Origin: an uncultured delta proteobacterium
GTDB lineage: Bacteria > Desulfobacterota > Binatia > JACPRU01
Reading direction: 5' to 3'
DNA: 64,000 nt
Assembly (NCBI GenBank): GCA_963745025.1
Contig: CAVUWD010000018.1
Span: 32,001-96,000, forward strand
Position 1 is the first letter of the stretch. Each line of letters opens with the position of its first letter. The notes under the pieces were generated by a model. It had not been told where the DNA came from. It did no database searches and worked only from the letters and a program-made list of their open reading frames with translations. Below are positions 1 to 8,410 of this stretch, in pieces. The position numbers were made by a program, and so were the translations under genes.

Positions 1-91
1 CGCCGACGCCCATGGCCAGGAAGATCCAGAGTGTCAGGTAGCGATCGAGGAACGAGAGGTTGCGGGCGATGCTGCTCGCGTTGGTCGTCAT
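1..91 (-). CDS. acr3: ACR3-family arsenite efflux transporter, N-terminus (runs off the window edge)
   Basis: Manual translation MTTNASSIARNLSFLDRYLTLWIFLAMGVG contains the ACR3 motif LSFLDRYLTLWI; downstream of arsM. Confidence 0.9.
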   Translation of the reverse strand, partial: MTTNASSIARNLSFLDRYLTLWIFLAMGVG

Positions 92-206
92 GTCGTCGTC
101 GGCCCTCCGAGCGGGAAAACGGGTGCCGAATCCATCCGTGCCGGTGACGTCACATGCGGCGCCGTGTGAAACCATCGTCGCCGCCCCTTTGGTCAAGCAC
201 GGGTGT

Positions 207-1034
207 TCAGCATCGGCTCGGCTTGCGTGCGCGGACGAACGCGCTCATGGACTTGCCGTCCACCAGGGGTGCCACAGTCTCCAGGTCCAAATCGGCCTTA
301 GCCAAGAACTCCCTGGCATCCGCCGCGCGGTAGATGCGCGTTGGCTCTAAGTCGACGGCTTCGAAGCCGGCGGCTTCAAGCTTCGCGCGGTACTCCGACT
401 CCTCTAGCGCGCCCGCGATACAGCCGCTCCAGAGTTCCACGCTGCGGCGGACCTTTGCCGGCATCGCTCCTCGGATCACGATGTCTGAGACCGCGAATCG
501 GCCTCCTGGCTTCAAAACCCGGAACGCTTCTCTCAGCACGCGGTCCTTGTCGCCGGAGAGATTGATCACGCAGTTCGAAATAATCACGTCGACCGACTCG
601 TCTGGGAGCGGGATGATCTCGATCTCGCCTTTGAGGAATTCGACGTTCGTCACTCCCGCTTTGCGCTGGTTTTCTCTGGCAAGCGCGAGCATCTCGTCGG
701 TCATGTCCAATCCATAAGCCTTGCCCAACGGACCCACGCGACGGGCCGACAACAGCACGTCGATTCCGCCGCCAGATCCCAAATCGAGTACGGTCTCGCC
801 CGGCTTCAGCTCAGCGAGCATGGTCGGGTTCCCGCATCCGAGCGACGCCGCGATTGCCTCGGCGGGTAGGCCACCTGTCTCGCCGTCCCCGTAGAGATTC
901 GACGTGATCGGATTGTCGCCAAGCGGCGCCGAGCCGCTTCCGCAGCAAGACGCCTGCGCAGCTTCGAGTACGCGCTTAGCCTCTCCCGCATACCTCTCCC
1001 TGACTTGCTCTCTGAGCGAAGAATCGTCCTTCAT
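207..1034 (-). CDS. arsM: Arsenite S-adenosylmethyltransferase
   Basis: SLGCGNP, VLDLGSGGGID, DVIISNCVINL and WSGCIAGA motifs; N-terminal CC. Confidence 0.95.
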   Translation of the reverse strand: MKDDSSLREQVRERYAGEAKRVLEAAQASCCGSGSAPLGDNPITSNLYGDGETGGLPAEAIAASLGCGNPTMLAELKPGETVLDLGSGGGIDVLLSARRVGPLGKAYGLDMTDEMLALARENQRKAGVTNVEFLKGEIEIIPLPDESVDVIISNCVINLSGDKDRVLREAFRVLKPGGRFAVSDIVIRGAMPAKVRRSVELWSGCIAGALEESEYRAKLEAAGFEAVDLEPTRIYRAADAREFLAKADLDLETVAPLVDGKSMSAFVRARKPSRC

Positions 1035-1065
1035 TCCAATCCTCCTTTCGCAGGTTCGGTCAGGG

Positions 1066-1536
1066 TCAAGCCGAGGGGCGGCAGCCGGTTCCGGCAGCCG
1101 CCGTGCCGCAGGAAGGCGAGCCCTTCTGGCTCAGAAAGTCCCGAAGCTTCGGATCATCGGCTGTGTCCGCTTCGACGTCGGCGAGGAGCGTATACATCTC
1201 CCACGCGATCTTGTCGGCGTCGACGACCCAGAACTTGTCCGCCTTCGCGTAGCAGCAGGTGACGCCCTCTTGCTGGATCATGTCCAGGCCTTGAGACTTT
1301 ACCCGGACGAGCTCCGAGGCCACTTCGCCGGTTCCTGGGTAACGGATACCGAGATGGCTGACGGTTCCCGGCTCGCCGCCGACGTTGAGCGAAAGGATCA
1401 CCGGCGGGTCCGCGAGCTCGAACTTCGCATATCCCGGCCGGACCTTCGCCGGAGCGATGCCGAGGATCTTTTGATACTCGGCAACTGCCGCATCAAGGTC
1501 CTTGACGTAGAGAGCGACGTGGAACGTGTTCGACAT
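1066..1536 (-). CDS. ArsI/CadI-family VOC metalloenzyme
   Basis: Likely start MSNTFHVAL after a GAGGAG RBS; KVRPGYAKFEL and TCCYAKADKFWV motifs. Confidence 0.9.
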   Translation of the reverse strand: MSNTFHVALYVKDLDAAVAEYQKILGIAPAKVRPGYAKFELADPPVILSLNVGGEPGTVSHLGIRYPGTGEVASELVRVKSQGLDMIQQEGVTCCYAKADKFWVVDADKIAWEMYTLLADVEADTADDPKLRDFLSQKGSPSCGTAAAGTGCRPSA

Positions 1537-1549
1537 GGCGTTCTCCTCC

Positions 1550-1888
1550 TCAGCAGCACTTCGCGTTCGCGCAGCACTGCGACATGAAGTTGCGAAATTG
1601 ATCGGCCAGACCCCGGCAGCACTTGGTGTCGAGACGATAAACGCGCTCACGGCCGTGGCGCTCCTGCACCAGAAGCCCAGCGCTCGAGAGAATTCGCAGA
1701 TGATGGGAGATCGCGGGCTGTGAAAGTGAGAAGCGTTCGGTGAGCTGCGTCACGTTGAGGCGTTCCCTCGAGAGCACGGCGACGATTTGTTGGCGGGTCG
1801 GATCGGAAAGGGCCGCCAACATTCGACGCAGGGCGTCGAAGTCGACGCCTTCAATGGCGGCCTTCCGATTTCGTGTTGATACATTCAT
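1550..1888 (-). CDS. arsR: ArsR/SmtB-family repressor
   Basis: ALSDPTR...SQPAISHHLRIL winged HTH; three C-terminal CC pairs; first gene of the ars operon. Confidence 0.9.
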   Translation of the reverse strand: MNVSTRNRKAAIEGVDFDALRRMLAALSDPTRQQIVAVLSRERLNVTQLTERFSLSQPAISHHLRILSSAGLLVQERHGRERVYRLDTKCCRGLADQFRNFMSQCCANAKCC

Positions 1889-1898
1889 ATGTTTAGAT

Positions 1899-1927
1899 TT
1901 ATTAACCTAAGGCCTTGTGAGAGTCAA
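1899..1927 (-). promoter_or_regulatory. Putative sigma70 promoter of the ars operon
   Basis: TTGACT-17 nt-TAATAA on the minus strand, in an AT-rich patch just upstream of arsR. Confidence 0.55.
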
Positions 1928-1963
1928 TGGGGAAGAAGGGACGGGGTCGTCGTGGTGGAAGAG

Positions 1964-2078
1964 ATGAAGACGCTTTCAGCCGCCGAAGCGCGTCGGACTT
2001 ACGATCGCATCGGCAAGACGCAGGATAGCCAAGCGTTCTACGAGGATCGCGCCACCGCCGAGCTGATCGCGCATCTGG
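1964..2078 (+). pseudogene. N-terminal fragment of a probable class I SAM methyltransferase
   Basis: MKTLSAAEARRTYDRIGKTQDSQAFYEDRATAELIAHL, then cut off by an IS110-like fragment. Confidence 0.5.
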
Positions 2079-2190
2079 TGAGCCGTACCTCGTGCGCGTC
2101 GACCACGATCGGATCGAGCCCGAGTCGACCGAGCTGACGGGCGACGAAGAACGCAACGGTCCCGGTCTCTCCGGCTGCGTCGATGAAGCC
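2078..2190 (-). mobile_element. IS110-family transposase remnant
   Basis: ETGTVAFFVARQLGRLGLDPIVVDAHEVRL resembles the DEDD domain segment E..G...VV.A..V(R/K). Confidence 0.55.
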
Positions 2191-2213
2191 GGGGCGGCCC
2201 CGGGCGCCCAGGA

Positions 2214-2242
2214 TTGTTCCCAAAATGGGAACATGTTATTGC
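2214..2242 (+). promoter_or_regulatory. higBA promoter with palindromic operator
   Basis: TTGTTC-17 nt-TATTGC overlapping the palindrome TGTTCCCA-aaa-TGGGAACA (2215-2233). Confidence 0.6.
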
Positions 2243-2247
2243 TCCTC

Positions 2248-2583
2248 ATGCGCATCATCTCCCGCCGAACGCTCCGGGAGTTTGTGGAGTCTAGAAAGGG
2301 GCGCAAGGATCACTCAGCTTTAAAGGCGGCGTTGGATGCTTGGTTCGACGAAGTAAAGAAAGCGCAGTGGACAAGCACCGCGAGCGTGAAGAGGCTCTAC
2401 GCGACGGCCAGCGTCGTGAGCGCCGAGAGAATCGTATTCAACATCAAAGGCAACGACTACCGACTCGTCATAGCCGTGGATTTCGAGAAGAGCATCGTTT
2501 GGATCAAGTGGATCGGCACCCATGCCGACTACGATCGAATCGATGTACGGGAGGTACAGCATGAACGCCGTAAAGCCGATTAG
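2248..2583 (+). CDS. higB: HigB-family toxin
   Basis: MRIISRRTLREF...RIVFNIKGNDYRL...IGTHADYDRID. Confidence 0.93.
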   Translation: MRIISRRTLREFVESRKGRKDHSALKAALDAWFDEVKKAQWTSTASVKRLYATASVVSAERIVFNIKGNDYRLVIAVDFEKSIVWIKWIGTHADYDRIDVREVQHERRKAD

Positions 2584-2941
2584 GACGCGCCGTGACTATG
2601 AATCGGCGATGAAGGCGATCGAGAGCCTCTGGGGCGCGCGCGCAGGAACACCAGAGGGAGATCGACTCGACGTGCTTGCAACGCTGGTCGACGCTTATGA
2701 AGCAAAGCACTATCCCATGGATCCCCCGGATCCGATCGAGGCGATCAAATTTCGGATGGAGCAGCAGGGACTCACCCGGAACGATCTCGCGAAGATCCTC
2801 GGAACTCGCACGCGAGTCAGCGAGATCTTGAATCGGCGGCGGAATCTATCGATCGGGATGATTCGCCAGCTTCATGAGAAGCTCGGAATCTCGGCGGAGG
2901 TTCTGATTCGACCCACACGGACGGGAAGGGCCGCTGCGTAA
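2561..2941 (+). CDS. higA: HigA-family HTH antitoxin
   Basis: KPIRT..DY...DPIEAIKFRMEQQGL...RVSEILNRRR; overlaps the toxin gene. Confidence 0.93.
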   Translation: MNAVKPIRTRRDYESAMKAIESLWGARAGTPEGDRLDVLATLVDAYEAKHYPMDPPDPIEAIKFRMEQQGLTRNDLAKILGTRTRVSEILNRRRNLSIGMIRQLHEKLGISAEVLIRPTRTGRAAA

Positions 2942-3128
2942 TGTTTCGCGCGAGAGATTCACCCGCGTAGAGAGATCCCCAGGTCGCAAGTCCTCCTGTA
3001 TCGAACGGGAACCGATCTGTATCTCTTTTCGCTCGACACCCGCAAGCGCCTGGCCTCTTCATGAATCTCCGTTCGCGGGGATGCGGCGGGCACGATAGTT
3101 GCTCGACTAGCTCGCAAAGGGAAACTCC

Positions 3129-3686
3129 ATGAAGCACTTCCGCCTCGTCATGCCCCTGTTGGTCGCGCCGGTTTTCCTATGGCAGCTGCTTCGCCCGCAT
3201 GAATACCGCGACAAGGTCGTCGACCCGCGGGTCGACACGGATCCAAACGACCTTCTGAACGTCACCGTCGATCAAGCCGCGGAACTGATCCGGAGCGACC
3301 ACGGGAAGAAGCGCGTCCTCTTCCTCTACGCTGGATCGTGCGCTGCGTCGAACGACGTGTTTCCGGAGTTCGTGCGCGCTGCCCGCGAATGGCGATATAG
3401 CGGTATCGCCGTCCATGCGTTTTCCGTCGACGAGAGCGACGCAGCCTGGCGGCATTACCTCGGCTCTTCCTCGGTGCCGTTTGCGAAGCGCCGTCTTGCG
3501 CGGTGGCCCAGCGGTCGCCTGATCGCCGCCCTCGGGACCCTGGGGATCACGATCGCAGACACTTGGCATGTCCCGCTCCTCGCCGTCCTCGACGAGAACG
3601 GGCAGCTCCTCGGGCAAGCCGAAGGGGCCGACGACGTGGAGGAGGCCAAGCGGTGGCTGGCCTCCGCGCGTGCCGCGGCGCGGTGA
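3129..3686 (+). CDS. Membrane-anchored thioredoxin-fold protein with a single Cys (CAAS)
   Basis: N-terminal hydrophobic segment; LFLYAGSCAAS; VPLLAVLDENGQL cis-Pro strand. Confidence 0.6.
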   Translation: MKHFRLVMPLLVAPVFLWQLLRPHEYRDKVVDPRVDTDPNDLLNVTVDQAAELIRSDHGKKRVLFLYAGSCAASNDVFPEFVRAAREWRYSGIAVHAFSVDESDAAWRHYLGSSSVPFAKRRLARWPSGRLIAALGTLGITIADTWHVPLLAVLDENGQLLGQAEGADDVEEAKRWLASARAAAR

Positions 3687-3764
3687 CCGCCGCGACTCCG
3701 GAAGCGCCGACGGGAACCCATGGCGTCGCCGTCCGTGGCGCGGCCTCTTCGCGGCAGACGGAAA

Positions 3765-4440
3765 CTACTGCTGCAACACTTGCTGCAACACTCGCAGAAC
3801 GTCCGCTATCAACTCCTGCGCGTTCGGCTGCGAGCGTGGAACTCCGAACGAAAAATCACCCACCTGCCACCCGGCTTGGCCATCGACGAACTGGATCCGC
3901 AGACGTGCGTCCGGGACCTTCTCGAAACTAGCCGTGTAATCGACGTTCACGACGTACCGGAGTCCCTCCGGAGGCAGACCTCCGCCCACACCGACCGCGA
4001 GGACCTTGCCGGGATCTCGCACGGGGCGATACTCGCGGAGCTTGCCGATCCGTTGCGACAACAGCCGCAGGGAGGAGCTCGGGTCGCGGCGGGATTTTGC
4101 GAGCACGCTTCCCGTTTCGGACGCCGGATAGGCGAAGAGAAGGGCTGCTTCGTCGAATCGACCGGAGGCGAAAAGCTCCTAACAGATGGTCGGCGCTCGC
4201 CTGCAGTGCTCCGAGCGGGGGTCCCACGTCGGCGACGTGCGGCGTCGCACGATCGCCCGCCGGTTCCTCGCTAGCCGCTGATTCCGGTTCGTTCTCGATC
4301 CGCGTGCTGCCCGGAGGGGGGTGGTCCCCGAGGTAAGGCTGCCCACTCGGCGTCCGGTATTTCGGGATCGTGTCAGCGCACGGCTCGCCCAAAGGCCAGA
4401 GCAGAACTGCCGCGGCGCAGAGTGCGACCAACAGTCGGAT
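3765..4440 (-). pseudogene. DUF4124-like secreted protein, frameshifted and lacking a clear start
   Basis: Signal-like RLLVALCAAAVLL plus KYRTPSGQPYLGDHPPPG; removing one base from the A-run at 4171-4174 joins it to ORF 3765..4106. Confidence 0.55.
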
Positions 4441-4837
4441 TCCGCTGGTCGAACATCCACCCCGCGGGCGACTGCAAGGACTCACCGCCTGCGACCCCGG
4501 AGATGGCTGTTTTCTGGTCTTCGAGACGCCCAGCGCTGCGGTCTTGTTCGCGTTGCGGCTGCAGCAGGCGCACGGCGAGGAGCCCGACCTCCCCGGCGTG
4601 CGCACCGGCATCCACATGGGCGAGGTGAGTGAGCAGCCAGGGCCCGACGGCGATGTTGCACATCCCCGCGTCGAGGGTCTCGCCGTGGAACTTGCCGCCC
4701 GCATCTGCGGTCTCGCCAGACCGGCACAGGTCCTGATGTCGTCATCGGTGGCCGACAGCGCTCGCCAGCGCCTCGACAGCCACGCCTTCGGCCAGCCGAT
4801 CCGCTGGCCGACACACGGCAGCTATTCACTGAACTAA
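4440..4837 (+). pseudogene. Class III adenylate/guanylate cyclase fragment
   Basis: GDGCFLVF...VRTGIHMGEV...VELAARICGLARPAQVLMS; no N-terminus, premature stop. Confidence 0.75.
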
Positions 4838-4954
4838 AGAGAGGTGCCCGCAGATCCGTGAGGGCATTCCCTGCGTTCGCGAGGCTCGGTGTCCACTTTC
4901 CCGGAAAGGTCAGAAGCCTCTTGAAGCATGCAGAGGGTATGTGCTCCAGACTCC

Positions 4955-5140
4955 GGGCGCGAACATGAAGTGGTAGACGATCAGCTGGCGACGCCCCTCG
5001 AACAGATCGAGCAGGCTCGCCTCGCCGTTGGGACCCTCGAACACGTACTTCTTGTCGATGCGGACCATCGGCTGGCGCCGCCGCTCGGCGGCCAGGGCGT
5101 CGCGGTCGCGGGTGGCGGCCTTTTCCTTCGCTTGAATGCA
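4955..5140 (-). pseudogene. DUF899 (thioredoxin-like) fragment
   Basis: [56 protein letters not shown] read on the minus strand. Confidence 0.75.
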
Positions 5141-5231
5141 GGGGCCGCGGCCAGCCCCTGGCGCTTTCGCACACCACGCGGCATATGCTTCCTGCGCTCA
5201 CCAGACACGAGATCCCCATAAGGCGGACCAG

Positions 5232-6320
5232 ATGAGAAGCCACACGATATCCAACCTCGGGCTATGCACCGCGCTCGCTCTCATTGCCTGCTCCCAGAAC
5301 CCCGACCGCGATCGGCAGGACGCGGCTCGCAGGCCGGCAGCGGGGGCGGCGCCCGCGAAGCCGGCGCCCTTCGATAAGGGCCCGGTGAAGATCGCCCTGG
5401 TCCAGTACAGCGGCGCGGGCGATTACTTCCAGCTCTGGACCAAGGGCGCCCGTCAGCAAGCCGACTCCATCGGATTCGAGATGCAGCTCTACGACGCGCA
5501 GGCGGATGATGCCAGACAGGCCGCCGACATGAAAGCCGCGATAGCGTCCCGCGTCGCCGGCATCATTGTGGACCATGGCCGAGCCAACACCATGTGCCCG
5601 CTGATCAACCAGGCGACCGATGCCGGCATCGCGGTCGTGGTGTACGACGTCAAGGTGGCCGACTGTGCCCCCAAGGCCGTCGAGACGGCGCAGAACGACG
5701 TCGATCTCGCCAGCCTGGTTCTTACTCAGATGGCCAAGGATATCGGCGATGGCGTTGCTGTCGGCTATGTGAACCCGTTCGTCATCGCCCCGCTCGAGCG
5801 GCGCGACGTCGTTTGGAAGAAGTTCGTCGCCGACCATAAATGGAAGCAGAAGTTTGCCGTCGGGAAGTTCAGCCATGCCGTAGCGACCGACAACGCGAAG
5901 CTCGCCGACCGCGCGCTCAAGGCCAACCCCGGCGTGAAGGCGATCTTCGCCCCCTACGACGAGTTGACCAAGGGCACCGTCTCGGCCATCGAACAAAACC
6001 ACCTGGGCGCCAAGGTGGCCGCGTACGGGATCGATATCTCGAATGCCGACATCGAGCTGATGACCAAGAAGGACAGCCCCTGGAAGGCGACCGCCACCAC
6101 GGACCCGAGCGCGGTCGGAGCCGCTGTCACCCGCACCCTGGCCATTCAGCTGGCCGGCCAGCTCGGCAGCAAGGAAGTCGTGTTCCCAGGCGTTCTGGTC
6201 ACCCAGTCCTTCCTGGTGGAGCACCAGATCAAGAACATGGACGACCTGCGGGCCAAGCTGCCCGATCTGAATCTTGGCAAGATCGCTTCGGCTCCCTGGA
6301 TTCGGTCGATCACGTTCTGA
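5232..6320 (+). CDS. Sugar ABC transporter substrate-binding lipoprotein (RbsB-like)
   Basis: Lipobox LIAC; periplasmic binding protein type 1 motifs (AIFAPYDEL, YGIDIS). Confidence 0.85.
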   Translation: MRSHTISNLGLCTALALIACSQNPDRDRQDAARRPAAGAAPAKPAPFDKGPVKIALVQYSGAGDYFQLWTKGARQQADSIGFEMQLYDAQADDARQAADMKAAIASRVAGIIVDHGRANTMCPLINQATDAGIAVVVYDVKVADCAPKAVETAQNDVDLASLVLTQMAKDIGDGVAVGYVNPFVIAPLERRDVVWKKFVADHKWKQKFAVGKFSHAVATDNAKLADRALKANPGVKAIFAPYDELTKGTVSAIEQNHLGAKVAAYGIDISNADIELMTKKDSPWKATATTDPSAVGAAVTRTLAIQLAGQLGSKEVVFPGVLVTQSFLVEHQIKNMDDLRAKLPDLNLGKIASAPWIRSITF

Positions 6321-6586
6321 CCAGGGCGGCGCCCCTGCGCGGGCGGCACAATCGTGATCCAAGCCACGGCCCGCCGCCCCGTCGTTCGGCACGATACAGG
6401 TGTTCAGGGCTGCAAGTCGCCCTCGCATCAGCAATTGCATAGGAGGACCCATGCGGGACAAAGAGACCATCGAGCGCGCCCAGGAAGACGCTGACGCCGG
6501 ACATCGGAGGAACTGAAATGAATGATCGTGCGGTCCTTGCGGGCATCGGCATGGGGGCTCTTCAAAAACCGGCCACAGCGACCCGT

Positions 6587-6671
6587 GAGGATAGCCGGCA
6601 TAAGTGGCCGATGTCGGCATAAGGCCCGTTCTCGAACGCCCGGCTTCCCGCTTTGACGGGGCGCACAAAGC
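6587..6671. repeat. 85-bp direct repeat, copy 1
   Basis: Matches 7993-8077 with one mismatch; contains CGGCATAAG twice. Confidence 0.95.
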
Positions 6672-6761
6672 ACTCGATCGTGTGTGCGCGCGGTGGGCTT
6701 GTAAGCGATGACACGAACGCCTACGATTGGCTTCGGACTTCTACGGACGGGGGACAAGGCC

Positions 6762-7298
6762 ATGCGCTTCACGAAGCTCGTGCTCGCAGGAGCCGTTCTC
6801 TCACTGACGACGCTGGCTGCGAGCTCAGTCGCGGCGGCCGACTCGGCCCAGCGAAAGGTGTGCACGACGGGGGACGCTCTCTCGAACTTTGAAGCGCCGC
6901 TTCAGCACATCATCGGTGACTTTTCCTGCCAGTACCGCCTCTTCCTTGACGGAAGGACCTTCACCTACTGCGAGGACGACGTGATCCTGGGCGGAATCAA
7001 TCCGCTCGCCGAGTACAAGGCACTGGGCTGGTCCCGCGAAGAGGGAATTGCTGATCTCGAGCGCACTGCCGACCGGGTATGGGTCGATGGCGTCGAGCAG
7101 CCACTCATGCGCACGGCCTACAAGGACGGCCAGCACCCCGTCTTCGGCCACAGTGTGTACCAACACCGCGCCTTCATAACCCAGCTTGCGGTCGGCGACC
7201 ACGTCAGCTACTGGGAGGAGACCCTCGACGGGTCAGTGGACGCTACCGCGACCGTCTATCTCCGCATCCTCCCGCGCACGGACGCGTTCTGTAGCTGA
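6762..7298 (+). CDS. Secreted hypothetical protein
   Basis: Signal peptide MRFTKLVLAGAVLSLTTLAASSVAA; natural-looking composition. Confidence 0.65.
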   Translation: MRFTKLVLAGAVLSLTTLAASSVAAADSAQRKVCTTGDALSNFEAPLQHIIGDFSCQYRLFLDGRTFTYCEDDVILGGINPLAEYKALGWSREEGIADLERTADRVWVDGVEQPLMRTAYKDGQHPVFGHSVYQHRAFITQLAVGDHVSYWEETLDGSVDATATVYLRILPRTDAFCS

Positions 7299-7309
7299 GG
7301 TTGGCAGTC

Positions 7310-7380
7310 TGTTGGTAAGCGCGCTCGTGACGACGCTGGCCGGCATGGTCGCGTTCTTCCGCTGGAAGCGCTGGTTCTGA
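7310..7380 (+). pseudogene. CorA-like C-terminal remnant
   Basis: LAGMVAFFRWKRWF-stop resembles the last helix of CorA. Confidence 0.4.
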
Positions 7381-7654
7381 CGGAAAATTCCTTGACGGGG
7401 GGCGGGTCAGGGAACGCGGCTCGCGTGGTGAGGCGTGTATGTATCTCGCTCATGGAGTCCGGTGGCTATTCACTGCAGTGGATCGTTCCATCTCGAGCTT
7501 CCGCAAGCCCGGGGGGGTCGCCTGAACTGCTACCACTTTGCTACCGGAAGCAGCCGAGGTGAGCAGGACCAGGAAGAGCCGGGTAGGTGAAAATCCCCGG
7601 CTCTTCCTCACTCACGTGACATGACGTGAGCCGACATGATGTCCCCCGTCATTA

Positions 7655-7696
7655 TTCCTAATCGTGGGGTCGCGCATTCGAGTCGCGCCGGGGGCA
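7655..7696 (+). tRNA. 3' half of tRNA-Arg(CCT); probable att-site duplication, not a full gene
   Basis: TTCCTAA loop, TCGTG, GGGTC, GCGCA-TTCGAGT-CGCGC T-arm (one mismatch), CGGGGGC-A; 5' half absent. Confidence 0.8.
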
Positions 7697-7704
7697 TAAC
7701 GAGA

Positions 7705-7992
7705 TCAGGCACTTGCGTCCTTCTTTGCCGAGTCGATTGCTACCACCTGCCCCATTCTTACCGTATTCGGGCTGAAGGTCACGCGCTCAGCGGCTCGGCG
7801 CAGATCGTCCTCGGACACGATGTTGTAGCGCTCGAAGACGCTTCGGGTCTTCCACCCCCCGATCTTCATGATCACGTCCTCGGCCTCACCGCTTCTGCGG
7901 TAGTTCCTGGCCATCGTCCTTCGGAAGTCGTGCGGCCTTCTGCCGGGGATCTTGGCTCGCTTGCAGGCTGATCGCCATGCCTTGTACGGGAA
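7705..7992 (-). pseudogene. Tyrosine integrase C-terminal remnant
   Basis: PHDFRRT (HxxR) and IGGWKTRSVFERYNIV (catalytic W/Y); ends beside the tRNA fragment. Confidence 0.88.
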
Positions 7993-8077
7993 GAGGATAG
8001 CCGGCATAAGTGGCCGATGTCGGCATAAGGCCCGTTCTCGGACGCCCGGCTTCCCGCTTTGACGGGGCGCACAAAGC
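7993..8077. repeat. 85-bp direct repeat, copy 2
   Basis: Matches 6587-6671; abuts the integrase truncation point. Confidence 0.95.
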
Positions 8078-8109
8078 GCAGACTGAGCCAGGCGGTACCG
8101 GGGGCACCG

Positions 8110-8385
8110 CAGACGGGCCGGGACGGTCTTGAAGTCGATGCCGAACGCGGGATGCGGCAGGTATTGCCGTTGACAAGCGTGCCGATCCGCGCCCGCTTCG
8201 TCGCCTGAGCGAGGGCGGCGAGCGTGGTCCAGCCCTCGAGGCACGGCCCTTCGGGAGACACGAGGATCGGGTAGAAGTGATCGAAGTTCCAAAGGAGTCG
8301 TAGTCCCAGCGGTCGCCCTTCTGCCGAAGTCGAGCATCTGCGGCGATTCGACGAGCTGCTGGCGTGTCTGGATGCCGAACCGCAT
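8110..8385 (-). pseudogene. LLM-class (F420-dependent) oxidoreductase N-terminal remnant
   Basis: MRFGIQT...WNFDHFYPI...CLEGWTTLAALAQATKRARIGTLVNGN spread over shifted frames. Confidence 0.8.
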
Positions 8386-8410
8386 CGGGCGCGTTGCCAT
8401 GCGTGCCTTT

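Noticed and set aside
3769-3792. Tandem 12-mer TGCTGCAACACT
   Set aside because: Only two copies, encoding VLQQVLQQ; not an array
6451-6500. MRDKETIERAQEDA micro-ORF resembling the start of a small conserved protein
   Set aside because: Only about 14 residues of similarity, from memory; not verifiable here
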